Shown one piece after another: positions 16,450 through 26,482 of a DNA stretch of 34,933 bases (within the stretch, counting starts at the first letter, position 1; each line of letters begins with the position of its first letter). The stretch lies in contig DYRX01000005.1 of assembly GCA_020718525.1 (NCBI GenBank), positions 1-34,933 of the forward strand, in the 5' to 3' direction. A program made the translations under genes and the position numbers. Source of the DNA: Victivallis vadensis (GTDB lineage Bacteria; Verrucomicrobiota; Lentisphaeria; Victivallales; GWF2-50-93). Below the pieces are notes generated by a model that saw nothing but the letters and a program-made list of their open reading frames with translations, did no database searches and was not told the origin of the DNA.

Positions 16450-19400
16450 ATGAAGCTTGCGGACATTAAATTGAAGTTCTTATTGAGGGGCACACGGCTG
16501 AATGTCCTGCTCATGATCGTTGTCCTGGCAAGCCTCGCCGCCGCCTGCCTCTTTTTCATGAGAACGACATTCGAAAGAGAGATCGCCTCCGCCCAGGAAA
16601 AGACATTTCTGCTTGTCTCCACCCTTCGCAACGACGTCGAATCGGAATATGCGAGATTCGCAGACGAAATGCGCTACAAAATCTCCTACGCCCCCCTTTC
16701 CGCCCTCCTCGCAGACGAAGCTCCGGCCTATGACAAGATTCTTCCTCTGCGCAAGCTCTATTCCCTGGATCAGGACATCATATCAAAAATCTGGGTGCTC
16801 TCGCCGGACGGAAAAGGCCGCGCTATCACATGCGAAAAGAACAACTACTTCAATCTCTCTGAAATAGCCGAATATGCCCCATCGCCCTTCGTCAGCGACG
16901 GAAAAATGACGGAAGCCCTCGAATTTCCATGCTATGCGGTCGGCGGAGATCTCGCATACCGAGTCATAGTCGAACTCGATTACGGCAAGCTGGTCGGCAA
17001 GGAGATGAGCATGCTTTCCTCCATCAATCCCGATGCCTGGTTCTTCTACATGAAGCCTGCGGGCAGACCGGTCGAGGTCAGAAAATCCGGCAGTTCAAAC
17101 GCCTCCATAGCGATTGACTCCACTGCGAGAGTCAGAATATTTTCAGAAGTGTCCGCAGGCTACGACGGGAGCACCGAAAACAAGGCGTTCACAGGCGGAC
17201 GCGAGATTGATCTTGTATCATCCTATTCCCCACTCGGCAAAAATGCTGAAAAAGGCTGGATAATGGTCTCCCTTGACAAACAAAAGGTTCTCTCCTCAAT
17301 CGTAAGCGCAATCTTCAACGTCTCAATCATCTTCATTGCACTGCTTTCAATCATCGTCGCGGTCTCCTCATACTTCATATTCAGAATCAGGTCTTCCGGG
17401 AAAGCCCTCTGGGAAAGTCAGAGGAAATGGAGCTTCGCGATCGAAGGCAGTGGAGAAGGCGTCTGGGAATGGGATGCCGCCACAAGGAAGATCCATCTCT
17501 CGGGGCGCTCCAGAGAAATCCTATCCGCCGCCTCCGACGAGATAGAAGAATGGACATTGAACGCCCATCATGACGATGAAAAGAGAGTGAAGGACGCGAT
17601 ATCAACATGCATGTCTGGCGACGAGGGGCTCTACAACTGCGAATACAGGTTCAAGTGTTCGGACGGATCCTTCAAATGGATACTCGACAGAGGCATGATT
17701 CTTGAAAGAGACCAAGGCACGCCACTCAGGATGATCGGGACCGTCGCTGACATCAGCTCGAGAAAAAAATCTGAAGAAGAAATCCGGCGACTCTCTGAAA
17801 GGCTCGATCTTGCGATACGCGCCGCAGGCATTGGCGTATGGGACTGGGACATGGAAAAAAATCGTCTCATTTGGGATGACTGGACCCGCAAGCTCTACGG
17901 CATTGAGTCCGAAGATTTCCCAACGAAAATCGAGGACTGGTTTGAGATGATTGATCCTGCGGACAGAAAGCGCGTCAAGGCCGACATCGAATCGTCCAAG
18001 ACAAGGCGTCTGTATTTCAGCGACGAATTCAGGATAGTCGCCAGGGACGGAACGAAGAAATTCGTGAGATCCGAGGCGAAAGTCTTCCTGAACGAAATCG
18101 GAATTCCCTCAAGAATAGTCGGAGTGAGCTACGACATCACAAAAAGCAAGACGACCGAGAACGAGCTCGTTCACAATTCCGAGACTGCCAGCCTGATCGC
18201 AAGGATGTCCACCCACTTTATAAATATTGACTCCCCATCCATAAACAACGCCATAACTCTTTCACTGGGCTCGCTTTGCGCTCATCTCCGCATTGATGTC
18301 GTGAGAATTTTCAGATTTTCCGAGGACGACTCCAGCTTCACATGCACCAACGAATGGAACTCAATGGGGGCTTCGCACTCGATTCCGCGCAAAACCCTTC
18401 AGGCAAAAAATGAAAGCCATTGGATGCGGACGCTCAGAGAGTATAAAAACATTTTCGTCAAGGACTTCATGAAATCCGCTCCGCCAGACGCGAAAGACTG
18501 GAGCTTTCTTGAAGGAGTCCCCGCAAAATCGGCCCTTCTTCTCCCGCTTGCGTGGAGAAACAGGCTCGAGGGCTTCATCTGCTTCATGACAGTCTCTCAC
18601 GAATGGTCGCCGGGCGACGCCGAGCTCTCCCTTCTCCAGACGCTCGAAGATATTTTTCTAAGCTCCTTCAAGAGGGAGGAAATAGAAGTCGCACTCATAA
18701 AAAACCAGGAAAAGCTCAGGGAAAGCAACACAGAACTCAATTCCTGGAAGAGCAGAATTTCAAACGAACTGTCCCTCGCAGGCGCTCTCCAGAAAAAAAT
18801 CTTCAGACCAGATCCGAGAATCTCTGACGAGTCATGCTTCATGTGGGCGCACAAGCCTGCCATGGATGTTGGAGGCGACATCTTCGGAATTGAAAGTCTC
18901 AAGAACGGCCGCGTCTGCCTCTTCGTCGGGGATGTTTCCGGACACGGAGTAGGTTCCGCCCTCGTCTCGTTCATGATGAAGGCGATAGTCAAAGAGGCTA
19001 TTGACGACTATTCCGATCTGGGTCCGGCGAAAATCTGCAACGAGATCAACCGCCGCTACCTTGACTCGGTATCAAGCGACTTCTATGTCACATTTTTCAT
19101 AGGAATATTCAATCCTGCAGACTTTTCCTGGAACTGCATGAACTGCGGCCACCCCGAGCCGCTGATATTTACAGACTCCGGCAAATTTCTTGACTTTGAT
19201 CTTTCCAGCTCCGGCGGCGGACTCCCGATCGGAATGGGATTTTTCGGAAAAAACCAGTATTCGGAGACGGACGAATTCCGTTTCCTCACGCCACCCGGAT
19301 ATTCACTGCTACTATACACAGACGGAATAGTCGAATCCGAAAACACGGCAAGCGGGGAAATGTGCGACATTGAAACGCTGAAGGAAGTCGCCGGAAACGT

Positions 19401-19944
19401 CCTTTCCTCCAAGATGCTCGGAGATCCGGCGTCTGAAATCGTAGCCCAAGTATCGGCGAGGGGGTTTAACTTCGACCGCGACGACATGACAGTCATGTCC
19501 GCCGTCTTTCACGATCCGGCATCAATCTCGATGAAAAAGGAGATTAAGCCCAGCCTGGACGCGATTCAGTCTTTCAGCGACGAACTCGATACATATCTTT
19601 CCTCGATCGGCTGGAAAGAGGAGTCGGCATATGCGGCACACCTCCTCTGCGCGGAACACCTCAGCAACGTCGTCAAGCACGGCTTGATCAGCTCAGGAGC
19701 GCCCATATTGTTCATGATGAGAATCTGCGACTCGGGTACCGCCATTCTTTTCTCAGACCACGGCTGTGAATGGAATTGCGAAGCAAGGAAAGAATCGGAG
19801 GAGCCAAGGCTCGCCGAAGGCGGCTATGGTCTCGGAATCATAAGAAAATTGTCCGATGTCTCCGTCTTCTACAGAAAAGATGGAATCAACCACGCATATT
19901 TTGTGATTTCAAAAGATGCGTGCCCAAGCTTTGACGGCGAATAG
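16450..19944 (+). CDS. Membrane sensor: periplasmic domain, PAS-PAS, GAF, PP2C/SpoIIE phosphatase and RsbW-type HATPase Ser kinase
   Basis: Two TMs; PAS (GVWEWD, HHDD, EYRF...DGSFKWI.DRG; GVWDWD, IDPAD); GAF; PP2C VGGD, GDVSGHG, NCGH, YTDG, DDMT; HATPase EHLSNVVKHG, SDHG, GGYGLGII. Start at ATG 16450, after the upstream stop. Confidence 0.9.
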   Translation: MKLADIKLKFLLRGTRLNVLLMIVVLASLAAACLFFMRTTFEREIASAQEKTFLLVSTLRNDVESEYARFADEMRYKISYAPLSALLADEAPAYDKILPLRKLYSLDQDIISKIWVLSPDGKGRAITCEKNNYFNLSEIAEYAPSPFVSDGKMTEALEFPCYAVGGDLAYRVIVELDYGKLVGKEMSMLSSINPDAWFFYMKPAGRPVEVRKSGSSNASIAIDSTARVRIFSEVSAGYDGSTENKAFTGGREIDLVSSYSPLGKNAEKGWIMVSLDKQKVLSSIVSAIFNVSIIFIALLSIIVAVSSYFIFRIRSSGKALWESQRKWSFAIEGSGEGVWEWDAATRKIHLSGRSREILSAASDEIEEWTLNAHHDDEKRVKDAISTCMSGDEGLYNCEYRFKCSDGSFKWILDRGMILERDQGTPLRMIGTVADISSRKKSEEEIRRLSERLDLAIRAAGIGVWDWDMEKNRLIWDDWTRKLYGIESEDFPTKIEDWFEMIDPADRKRVKADIESSKTRRLYFSDEFRIVARDGTKKFVRSEAKVFLNEIGIPSRIVGVSYDITKSKTTENELVHNSETASLIARMSTHFINIDSPSINNAITLSLGSLCAHLRIDVVRIFRFSEDDSSFTCTNEWNSMGASHSIPRKTLQAKNESHWMRTLREYKNIFVKDFMKSAPPDAKDWSFLEGVPAKSALLLPLAWRNRLEGFICFMTVSHEWSPGDAELSLLQTLEDIFLSSFKREEIEVALIKNQEKLRESNTELNSWKSRISNELSLAGALQKKIFRPDPRISDESCFMWAHKPAMDVGGDIFGIESLKNGRVCLFVGDVSGHGVGSALVSFMMKAIVKEAIDDYSDLGPAKICNEINRRYLDSVSSDFYVTFFIGIFNPADFSWNCMNCGHPEPLIFTDSGKFLDFDLSSSGGGLPIGMGFFGKNQYSETDEFRFLTPPGYSLLLYTDGIVESENTASGEMCDIETLKEVAGNVLSSKMLGDPASEIVAQVSARGFNFDRDDMTVMSAVFHDPASISMKKEIKPSLDAIQSFSDELDTYLSSIGWKEESAYAAHLLCAEHLSNVVKHGLISSGAPILFMMRICDSGTAILFSDHGCEWNCEARKESEEPRLAEGGYGLGIIRKLSDVSVFYRKDGINHAYFVISKDACPSFDGE

Positions 19945-19994
19945 AACCGGCAATTGGAGCCGCCGCGGATGGCGATAAATGAGAGGAATGAAAA

Positions 19995-21617
19995 ATGGAC
20001 GATCTGAAGAAAATCAAAGATAAAATTGGCATCTGGGGCTTGGCGTTGTCGCTGATACTGCCTCTCCCAATTCTCCTTCCTCAGATTGCAGGACTCTTCT
20101 GCTCTTCGCATTATTTCACGGGATGCTTCGAAAACATCCACGATCAGAACATCTACTTTTCATTCATCAGGCAGGCGCGGGATGGCGAGTACTTCTTCAT
20201 CAATGCTCCATGCCACATCCCCCACAATCATGAATATGTGAATTTCACTTTTCTGCTTGTCGGACTGCTCTCGCGTTTTTCAGGAGCATCCATGGAATTG
20301 TCATACATATTCTCCGACTACATTTTCAGCGTAGCGGCATGCCTCTGCCTTTTCGTCCTCTTCGCCGCCGTATTCGAGAAAAAGCTCCCAATCGCACTGG
20401 GCGTCTGCTTCGCCTGGTTTGGAGCCGGATTCGGACTCTTCTACAAAATCTACGCGGCGCTCAAAGGCATATCCATAGACAAGATGAACATGACGTTTCT
20501 AAGCGGGGACTTGTGGATGCCGGAAATGACGCTCTGGCATTCCTGCGCATATTCGCCGCTGTTCATCGCGAGCTATCTGATGCTTCTTCTGATATATGGC
20601 GGCATATATTTTGCAGAATCAAAGCGCTCCTTTATCCCTCTGCTCATCGCCTCTTTTGCGGTCTTCTATCTCGCTCTATCCCACAGCTACCATATAGTTC
20701 CAGTCTCCATGATTTCTCTTTTCATATTTCTCTACTTCCGCTGGGAAAAGAGGCAGGCAATTCCGGAATGGTGTCTTCTTGCCGGCTACGTCCTCTTTGC
20801 GGCATCCCTCCTTTCTGGAACATTCTACCAGTACTATGTTCTTAAAAACAATCCTGGATTCTCGATCTGGGCGGCTCAGAATATAAACAAATCCCCGCCG
20901 TTCTACACCATACTTGCAGGCTTTGGCGTCATGGCGCTTGGATATATCGAGGCATTCATCGCCGTCTCAAAAGAGCGCAAGACATCGGGGCATCTCCTGA
21001 AAATCCTCGCATTCTGGCTCTTCTTCCAGACAATTCTGCTCTATTCGCCATTCGCCTTCGCAAGAAGATTCATACTCGGAATCGCAATTCCGCTCTCAGT
21101 ATTTTTCTCCTTGTTCATCTTCCGCATTTGGGCGCTCGGAAAAATGCAGAAGCTCCTCGCGCTCTTTCTCGTCTGCCTGCTCCCGATCACCTTCCTCTAT
21201 CAAAGCGCGGCAAACTGCGGCAAGCTCCTTTCAAAGGATTCCAGGTATTTCTATTCTAAATCAGCATCGGACGCGTACAAATTCCTATCAGAAATGCCTG
21301 AATCTGAGATCCTTATGGGAAGTCTGGAGGAGTCGAACAGGATCATGAGATTCTCTCCTCTCAGAATGATCTGCGCAAGCACACAGCAGTCCGCCCCGGG
21401 AATGCGGGAAGCAGTCGAAAATGCATTCGCCTTGAAGACGGATGACGCCCTCCTTGATTCGTTCATGAAAGAGAACAATGTCCGCTATCTATTCCTGAAC
21501 AAAAAAGACCACTCCGACTTCATATCCTCTCGCACTGAATTCCTCAACGGCAAAAAATTGATCTTCGAAAATAATTCTCATCTGATCTATGAGGTTGCAC
21601 CAAATGAAAAACAATAG
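19995..21617 (+). CDS. Polytopic membrane protein, probable GT-C fold glycosyltransferase
   Basis: TM1 followed by a loop with DQNIYFSFIRQARDG, about 12 further TMs, RRF motif and a soluble tail ending F..ENNVRYLF...IFEN....IYEV typical of GT-C proteins. Confidence 0.55.
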   Translation: MDDLKKIKDKIGIWGLALSLILPLPILLPQIAGLFCSSHYFTGCFENIHDQNIYFSFIRQARDGEYFFINAPCHIPHNHEYVNFTFLLVGLLSRFSGASMELSYIFSDYIFSVAACLCLFVLFAAVFEKKLPIALGVCFAWFGAGFGLFYKIYAALKGISIDKMNMTFLSGDLWMPEMTLWHSCAYSPLFIASYLMLLLIYGGIYFAESKRSFIPLLIASFAVFYLALSHSYHIVPVSMISLFIFLYFRWEKRQAIPEWCLLAGYVLFAASLLSGTFYQYYVLKNNPGFSIWAAQNINKSPPFYTILAGFGVMALGYIEAFIAVSKERKTSGHLLKILAFWLFFQTILLYSPFAFARRFILGIAIPLSVFFSLFIFRIWALGKMQKLLALFLVCLLPITFLYQSAANCGKLLSKDSRYFYSKSASDAYKFLSEMPESEILMGSLEESNRIMRFSPLRMICASTQQSAPGMREAVENAFALKTDDALLDSFMKENNVRYLFLNKKDHSDFISSRTEFLNGKKLIFENNSHLIYEVAPNEKQ

Positions 21618-22863
21618 AAATACTCTGCTTCTTGTAATTGCGGCAGGATTAGCCATCTATGCCGTATTCAGACTCCTTTCGGTCGCAAAATCCGGAGAAT
21701 TCGTTGATTTCCGAGCATACTACGATACGGCATGGGCAATTTTCAGAGGAGAAAACCCATATATTCTTTCGAACCTCCGCGTCTGGGAATGGGCGGAAGC
21801 GCCAATATGCTTCCCTGGACTTTCAGTCCTTGCAACCCCTCTGCTTCTCTTCGATGTTGACACGGCAAAATATGTGTTTCTCCTTCTCAATTTTTCATCA
21901 GCAATTCTACTCTTCGCCCTTGTCTTCAGCAAGTCTGGACTGCTTCCCAATAAGCTGTCCATTGGATTTATTCTCGAAGAGCGAGGCATTCTTATTGCAA
22001 TCGCATTTTTTATATTTATTTCATCCTCGCCCCTGACAGCATGCCTGAGACATGGTCAGGTTGTCTGCATCGCCTCTCTCCTTCTTTGCTTGTCCATCTT
22101 CATTCCCAGAACATTTCCTGCGACAATCTCGCTTGCGCTCACTGCCATATGCAAATATTCCATAATGACCGTTCTTGCCCCTGCCCTTTTCGCAAGGGGG
22201 CGCTTCATCGTGTGCGTGCTAGGATTTGCGATATTCGCATCTTCGGCATTTCTGCCTCTCGCATTCGGCTGTGACATGGGGGCACTCTATTCAAGCTATC
22301 TTGATGAAATACGCAAGCAGACAAGCGCCGGTTTCAACACCTACGAATTCAGCGGATACAACATGTTGAATGCCGACTTCTTCAAGTTTCGCATTCTTGG
22401 CACAATTATAAAAGTCGCAGTGCTATGCGCATCACTATTTCTGATTCTGAAACTCCGCCGCGAAAAAGGCTGGAGGCTGATGGATCTTCTCACCCTCTGC
22501 TCGGCGACAATGCTCATTTCATATCATAGGATGTATGATCTCGTCCTTCTTCTCCCCTTCATGCTCGCCGCCACGCTCGTCTCCCTGGAACGCAAAGAAT
22601 TTACAAAGACCGCCGTCCTCATCCTCTTCTCCCTTGCGTGCATTGTCCCGGAAAACATCGTCTACCGGGTATCCAATGAAATAGCCTCGCTGATTCCTGC
22701 GGTGGGCGAAATCATATATCTGAGCCCGTTCAGAGATTTCAAAACCACTATGCCGTTCTATTCCTTTCTGACTCTTGCGATATTCGCATTTTCATTTCTG
22801 TCCAGCATAATTCCGGAAAGCGGCTCGAAATTGCGGAAACCTGATATAATATTTGAACAATAA
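21604..22863 (+). CDS. GT87 / DUF2029 family (GT-C) glycosyltransferase
   Basis: VDFRAYY..A..I.RGENPY, LRHGQ, AICKY, YHRMYDL; GAGG RBS before ATG 21604. Confidence 0.8.
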   Translation: MKNNRNTLLLVIAAGLAIYAVFRLLSVAKSGEFVDFRAYYDTAWAIFRGENPYILSNLRVWEWAEAPICFPGLSVLATPLLLFDVDTAKYVFLLLNFSSAILLFALVFSKSGLLPNKLSIGFILEERGILIAIAFFIFISSSPLTACLRHGQVVCIASLLLCLSIFIPRTFPATISLALTAICKYSIMTVLAPALFARGRFIVCVLGFAIFASSAFLPLAFGCDMGALYSSYLDEIRKQTSAGFNTYEFSGYNMLNADFFKFRILGTIIKVAVLCASLFLILKLRREKGWRLMDLLTLCSATMLISYHRMYDLVLLLPFMLAATLVSLERKEFTKTAVLILFSLACIVPENIVYRVSNEIASLIPAVGEIIYLSPFRDFKTTMPFYSFLTLAIFAFSFLSSIIPESGSKLRKPDIIFEQ

Positions 22864-22878
22864 TATGGAGATGCTCAC

Positions 22879-24474
22879 ATGCAAAAGAAAAAAGTAGCCC
22901 CGCTGATTTACTGCCTCTCGATTGTCACGGCAATCCTCATCCTGCTTGCAGGAGCCATCTTCAGCTTCCGCCATCTCGGCGAAATATCTTTCCCCGCCTA
23001 TTCCCTAGCACTTCTGCTAGCGTCCGCCATCATCGGATTCATAACTCGCGGGCTTGCAAGAAAAAAATTCTTCGGCTCGAAAATCAGTCTGCACCAGTCC
23101 TTCTCCTTCGACTTTGTCGTCGAATCCGCCTGCATGATCAATCCGTTCATGTCTAGATTCGGCTTCGAAAAGGAGTTCACAAAAAGGGAGACATCCCTCT
23201 CCAGCGAAGTAGATCTTTGGACTCCGGCAAGGTTCATATCGCTTTTTTTCCTTCCCATGATAGCCTTTTTAGCGATATGGCTAGGCAAAAGCTATGCCCC
23301 CCACGCATTCGCGCTAGGATTTGTGTGTCTGCTCCTGATCACTGCATATCTCCTTTCAAGCAGAGCAATCATCTGTCCAATTTCGTACCTTGTCTCCATG
23401 ATCGCCGAAGGAACTGTCTTTGTCCTGGCGCTTTCCCCTCTGATGAATCATCATGACGCAGCCCTCATGTACTGCCTTTTCAATATTTTTCTCTTTGTCT
23501 CGCTCACACCCTTTGCCGCAGGATTCGCCGAAATTGCCGCACTCCCTTTCATGACTGCAAATCCCGGAGCATTTCTGTGGCTCTGCATCTTCCACATCTT
23601 CAGAATCGCCCCTTCAACTCTTGCCGGCATCGTCTATTTCGCAAGATATAAATTTTCCCTCAGAGATTTCTTCATTCCTGACCTGCCTGAAAGACTTCAT
23701 GCCAGCATACGCCCCGCGGCAGGCTGGGCCCCATCGGCAAGTCCGGGCGAATTCAGAGTCAGCATCGTCATCCCCGCATACAACGAGGAAAAACGCATCC
23801 CCGGCTTCCTCGACGACGTGAGAAAGTATCTCGACGGAAAAAAGGAAAAAATAGAAGTGCTGGTGGTTGACGACGGTTCTAAGGACGGCACCGCCTCTGT
23901 TGTTGAAAATATTTCTTCGCTTGATCCAAGGGTTAGACTTGTCAGGCAAATCCCCAATCAGGGCAAAGGCGCGGCAGTCAAGCGCGGCGTACTTGAGGCG
24001 AAAGGAGACTTTGTCGTCTTCGCCGATGCCGATGGCGCCACACCAATTGTCGAGCTCGACAAATTCCTTCCTGTCGCGGAGAAGGGCGACGACGTCTTGG
24101 TCGGCTCCAGAAAGGCAGGCGCTGGCAGTGTTGAAAGACAGAGAGATTTCATCCGCTCGCTGATGGGCTTCACATTCTACAAGATCGTCAACTTCTTCGC
24201 CGTCCCAGCGATAAAAGACACCCAGTGCGGATTCAAGCTCTTCAGGAGGGACGTCGCGAAAAAGCTCTTCGGATCATGCGCGGAAAAAGGCTGGGCATTC
24301 GATGTCGAGCTCCTCTACCTGGCGCAGATGCGCGGGTTTAAAATCACTGAAATTCCTGTCAACTGGCACGAGGTCGAAGGGTCGAAGGTAAATCCTCTCA
24401 AAGATTCAATCAAAATGTTCATCGCAATATTCAGAATAAGAAGAAGGCACAGCGGATTTTCCAATGAAACTTGA
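22879..24474 (+). CDS. Fusion of lysylphosphatidylglycerol-synthase-TM (flippase-like) domain and ALG5/DPM1-like polyprenyl-phosphate glycosyltransferase (GT2)
   Basis: N-terminal multi-TM region with LTPFAAGFAE (cf. TPGGxGxxE); C-terminal SIVIPAYNEEKRI, VDDGSKDGT, NQGKG.AV, FADADG, DTQCGFKLF, WAFDVELL. Confidence 0.82.
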   Translation: MQKKKVAPLIYCLSIVTAILILLAGAIFSFRHLGEISFPAYSLALLLASAIIGFITRGLARKKFFGSKISLHQSFSFDFVVESACMINPFMSRFGFEKEFTKRETSLSSEVDLWTPARFISLFFLPMIAFLAIWLGKSYAPHAFALGFVCLLLITAYLLSSRAIICPISYLVSMIAEGTVFVLALSPLMNHHDAALMYCLFNIFLFVSLTPFAAGFAEIAALPFMTANPGAFLWLCIFHIFRIAPSTLAGIVYFARYKFSLRDFFIPDLPERLHASIRPAAGWAPSASPGEFRVSIVIPAYNEEKRIPGFLDDVRKYLDGKKEKIEVLVVDDGSKDGTASVVENISSLDPRVRLVRQIPNQGKGAAVKRGVLEAKGDFVVFADADGATPIVELDKFLPVAEKGDDVLVGSRKAGAGSVERQRDFIRSLMGFTFYKIVNFFAVPAIKDTQCGFKLFRRDVAKKLFGSCAEKGWAFDVELLYLAQMRGFKITEIPVNWHEVEGSKVNPLKDSIKMFIAIFRIRRRHSGFSNET

Positions 24475-26479
24475 CACCGAAAAACTTAAAGTTTTCCTTC
24501 AGGGGCTGAAATTTGCCGTCGTCGGGGGGGCGAACACCGGCATTGACTTCCTGATGATGAACATCCTTTTCCTTGTTTTCCGTCCATCCGGACAGGCAGG
24601 CCTCATGCTGATTTCCGTTTCTGCCGCCTGCATGGCGATGCTGAATTCATATTTCATGAACAAATACTGGTCCTTCTCAGCCGGAAAAGCTCCGAAGCGC
24701 GAGAGGCAGGCTGGCGAATTTGCGGCATTCGTGGCAGTCTCCTTCCTGGGCCTCGCAGTGAACACTTCGGTCTTTCTTTTCTGCTCGAAATTTATAAACG
24801 AGCTCTTCGGCATTTCAGGATTTCTCAACATAAACGCCAGCCGCCTCGTCGGCGTAGGCGCCGCCATGTGCGTCACTTTTCTAGGCTACAAACTGGGAGT
24901 TTTCGACACTCAGTCAGTCAAGGAATTTAGAAATGAAAAAGCTGGCGACTGGACAGGCGGATTCGCCAACTCGTGGAGCTTCATAACTTCCCTCTGCACG
25001 GCAGGATTTGCCGTTAGGATTCTCTTCTGGCTCTCAGCTCCAGTCGTCTATGGCGATGCAGTAAACTATTATTGGGTCGCAAAGGGAATTGCCGCTGGCT
25101 CCTTCAGCTCGGTTGACTGGTTCTGGCACAACTTGTTCACATATTTCGAGGCGGCGATCATTTTCTGCGGAATCGGCGGCGAATATGCGATCATGCTCGC
25201 ATCCCTCATTCCCGGAGTACTGCTCCTCGTCCCCATATATTTTATCGCCGGAACAGTCTTTGGCGGAAATGTCGCCCGCATTGCCGCCCTTTTCGCCCTC
25301 TTCTCTCCAAGGCTTATTGAATATTCGGTGAACGGACATTCCGAGTCCTTCTACATGCTTCTTGTCCTCTGCGCAATCCTTGTGGCATGCAGATGGATCG
25401 CCAGCGGCGAAGCTCGCCTGGCGGGAGCTGCAATTTTTGGCGCCGCGACCGCAGGCTTTTTCCTGACTAGAAACGAATCCATCTTTCTGGTTCTCTTTCT
25501 TTTGCCGCTTACATTCATCGCAGGAAAATTTAAAAATAAAATCGCATGCGCCGCAACGCTCCTCCTTTCCTTTGCAGCAATCGTCCTGGCATACGTCTCA
25601 CTGAATATCGCAATTTCTGGCCATAGCGGAATCATGCAGAAGTCAAGCAACCTCTCAAAAATCTATTCCGAGCAGATAGACTGGCGCAATGCCGCGAGGG
25701 AAACCTACGGGGAAGAGGCTGGAAAAAATACGGAAGCAGGCAATGAGGGCGCACTGTCCCGCACTGTCCGGCATTTCCGGGAAAATGTCTTCTACATGGC
25801 GGAGAGGGTGCCTGGAGTCTTTCTCTCGCCTCTCGCTCTTTTCATCCCATTCGCGGGACTGCTTGGTGGAGCGTTTCTGGGCAAAAACAAGTCCGCCGCG
25901 CCGCTTGCGCTATGCGGAATCTTCCCGTTCATCTTCTATCCGCTTGTCCATGTCGAACCAAGAATGCTCTTTCTTTCGCTCGCCGTCTCCATGATCTGGG
26001 GATCGGCAGGACTCTGGATCTTTTCCGTCTTTGTCGCAGATAAAACCGCCAGGCAAAGCGTCTCCAGACTCTCCTGCCTCGCGCTTGTCGCGCTTCAGAT
26101 CCCATTCATCCCTGTCCTCGCGTGGAGGAGCCGCGATCTGAGACTTTTCCACAAGGAGATCGGAACTTGGATCTCCGCCAACATCGACGATTCCAAGCTG
26201 ATCTGCGGTGACGGATACGGATACGTCTTGTCCAGCTCGTTCTGGGCGGGAAAAAAGCCGATTCCCCGTCTCTGGACGACAGATCCTTCAGATCTTGCCC
26301 CTGACATGGAAAAGAGGGACGCGGAGATCCTGGTTCTCTATGAGGAATTTGCGAAACTCGCAAACCCGGAACTGCTCGGCGTCTTTGACAATGGCGTGCC
26401 GGGTCTGGAGCTGATCAAGGAGTTTAAAACGAAAAGAGGCAGAATTCAGATATACTCACGAAGAGGACAGGGAGAATAG
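24464..26479 (+). CDS. Fusion of GtrA-family flippase domain and ArnT/PMT-like (GT-C) glycosyltransferase
   Basis: LKFAVVGGANTGIDF and NSYFMNKYWSF (GtrA); then YGDAVNYYWVA, P.LIEYS....SES, LTRNES (GT-C). Confidence 0.8.
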   Translation: MKLDTEKLKVFLQGLKFAVVGGANTGIDFLMMNILFLVFRPSGQAGLMLISVSAACMAMLNSYFMNKYWSFSAGKAPKRERQAGEFAAFVAVSFLGLAVNTSVFLFCSKFINELFGISGFLNINASRLVGVGAAMCVTFLGYKLGVFDTQSVKEFRNEKAGDWTGGFANSWSFITSLCTAGFAVRILFWLSAPVVYGDAVNYYWVAKGIAAGSFSSVDWFWHNLFTYFEAAIIFCGIGGEYAIMLASLIPGVLLLVPIYFIAGTVFGGNVARIAALFALFSPRLIEYSVNGHSESFYMLLVLCAILVACRWIASGEARLAGAAIFGAATAGFFLTRNESIFLVLFLLPLTFIAGKFKNKIACAATLLLSFAAIVLAYVSLNIAISGHSGIMQKSSNLSKIYSEQIDWRNAARETYGEEAGKNTEAGNEGALSRTVRHFRENVFYMAERVPGVFLSPLALFIPFAGLLGGAFLGKNKSAAPLALCGIFPFIFYPLVHVEPRMLFLSLAVSMIWGSAGLWIFSVFVADKTARQSVSRLSCLALVALQIPFIPVLAWRSRDLRLFHKEIGTWISANIDDSKLICGDGYGYVLSSSFWAGKKPIPRLWTTDPSDLAPDMEKRDAEILVLYEEFAKLANPELLGVFDNGVPGLELIKEFKTKRGRIQIYSRRGQGE

Positions 26480-26482
26480 CAT

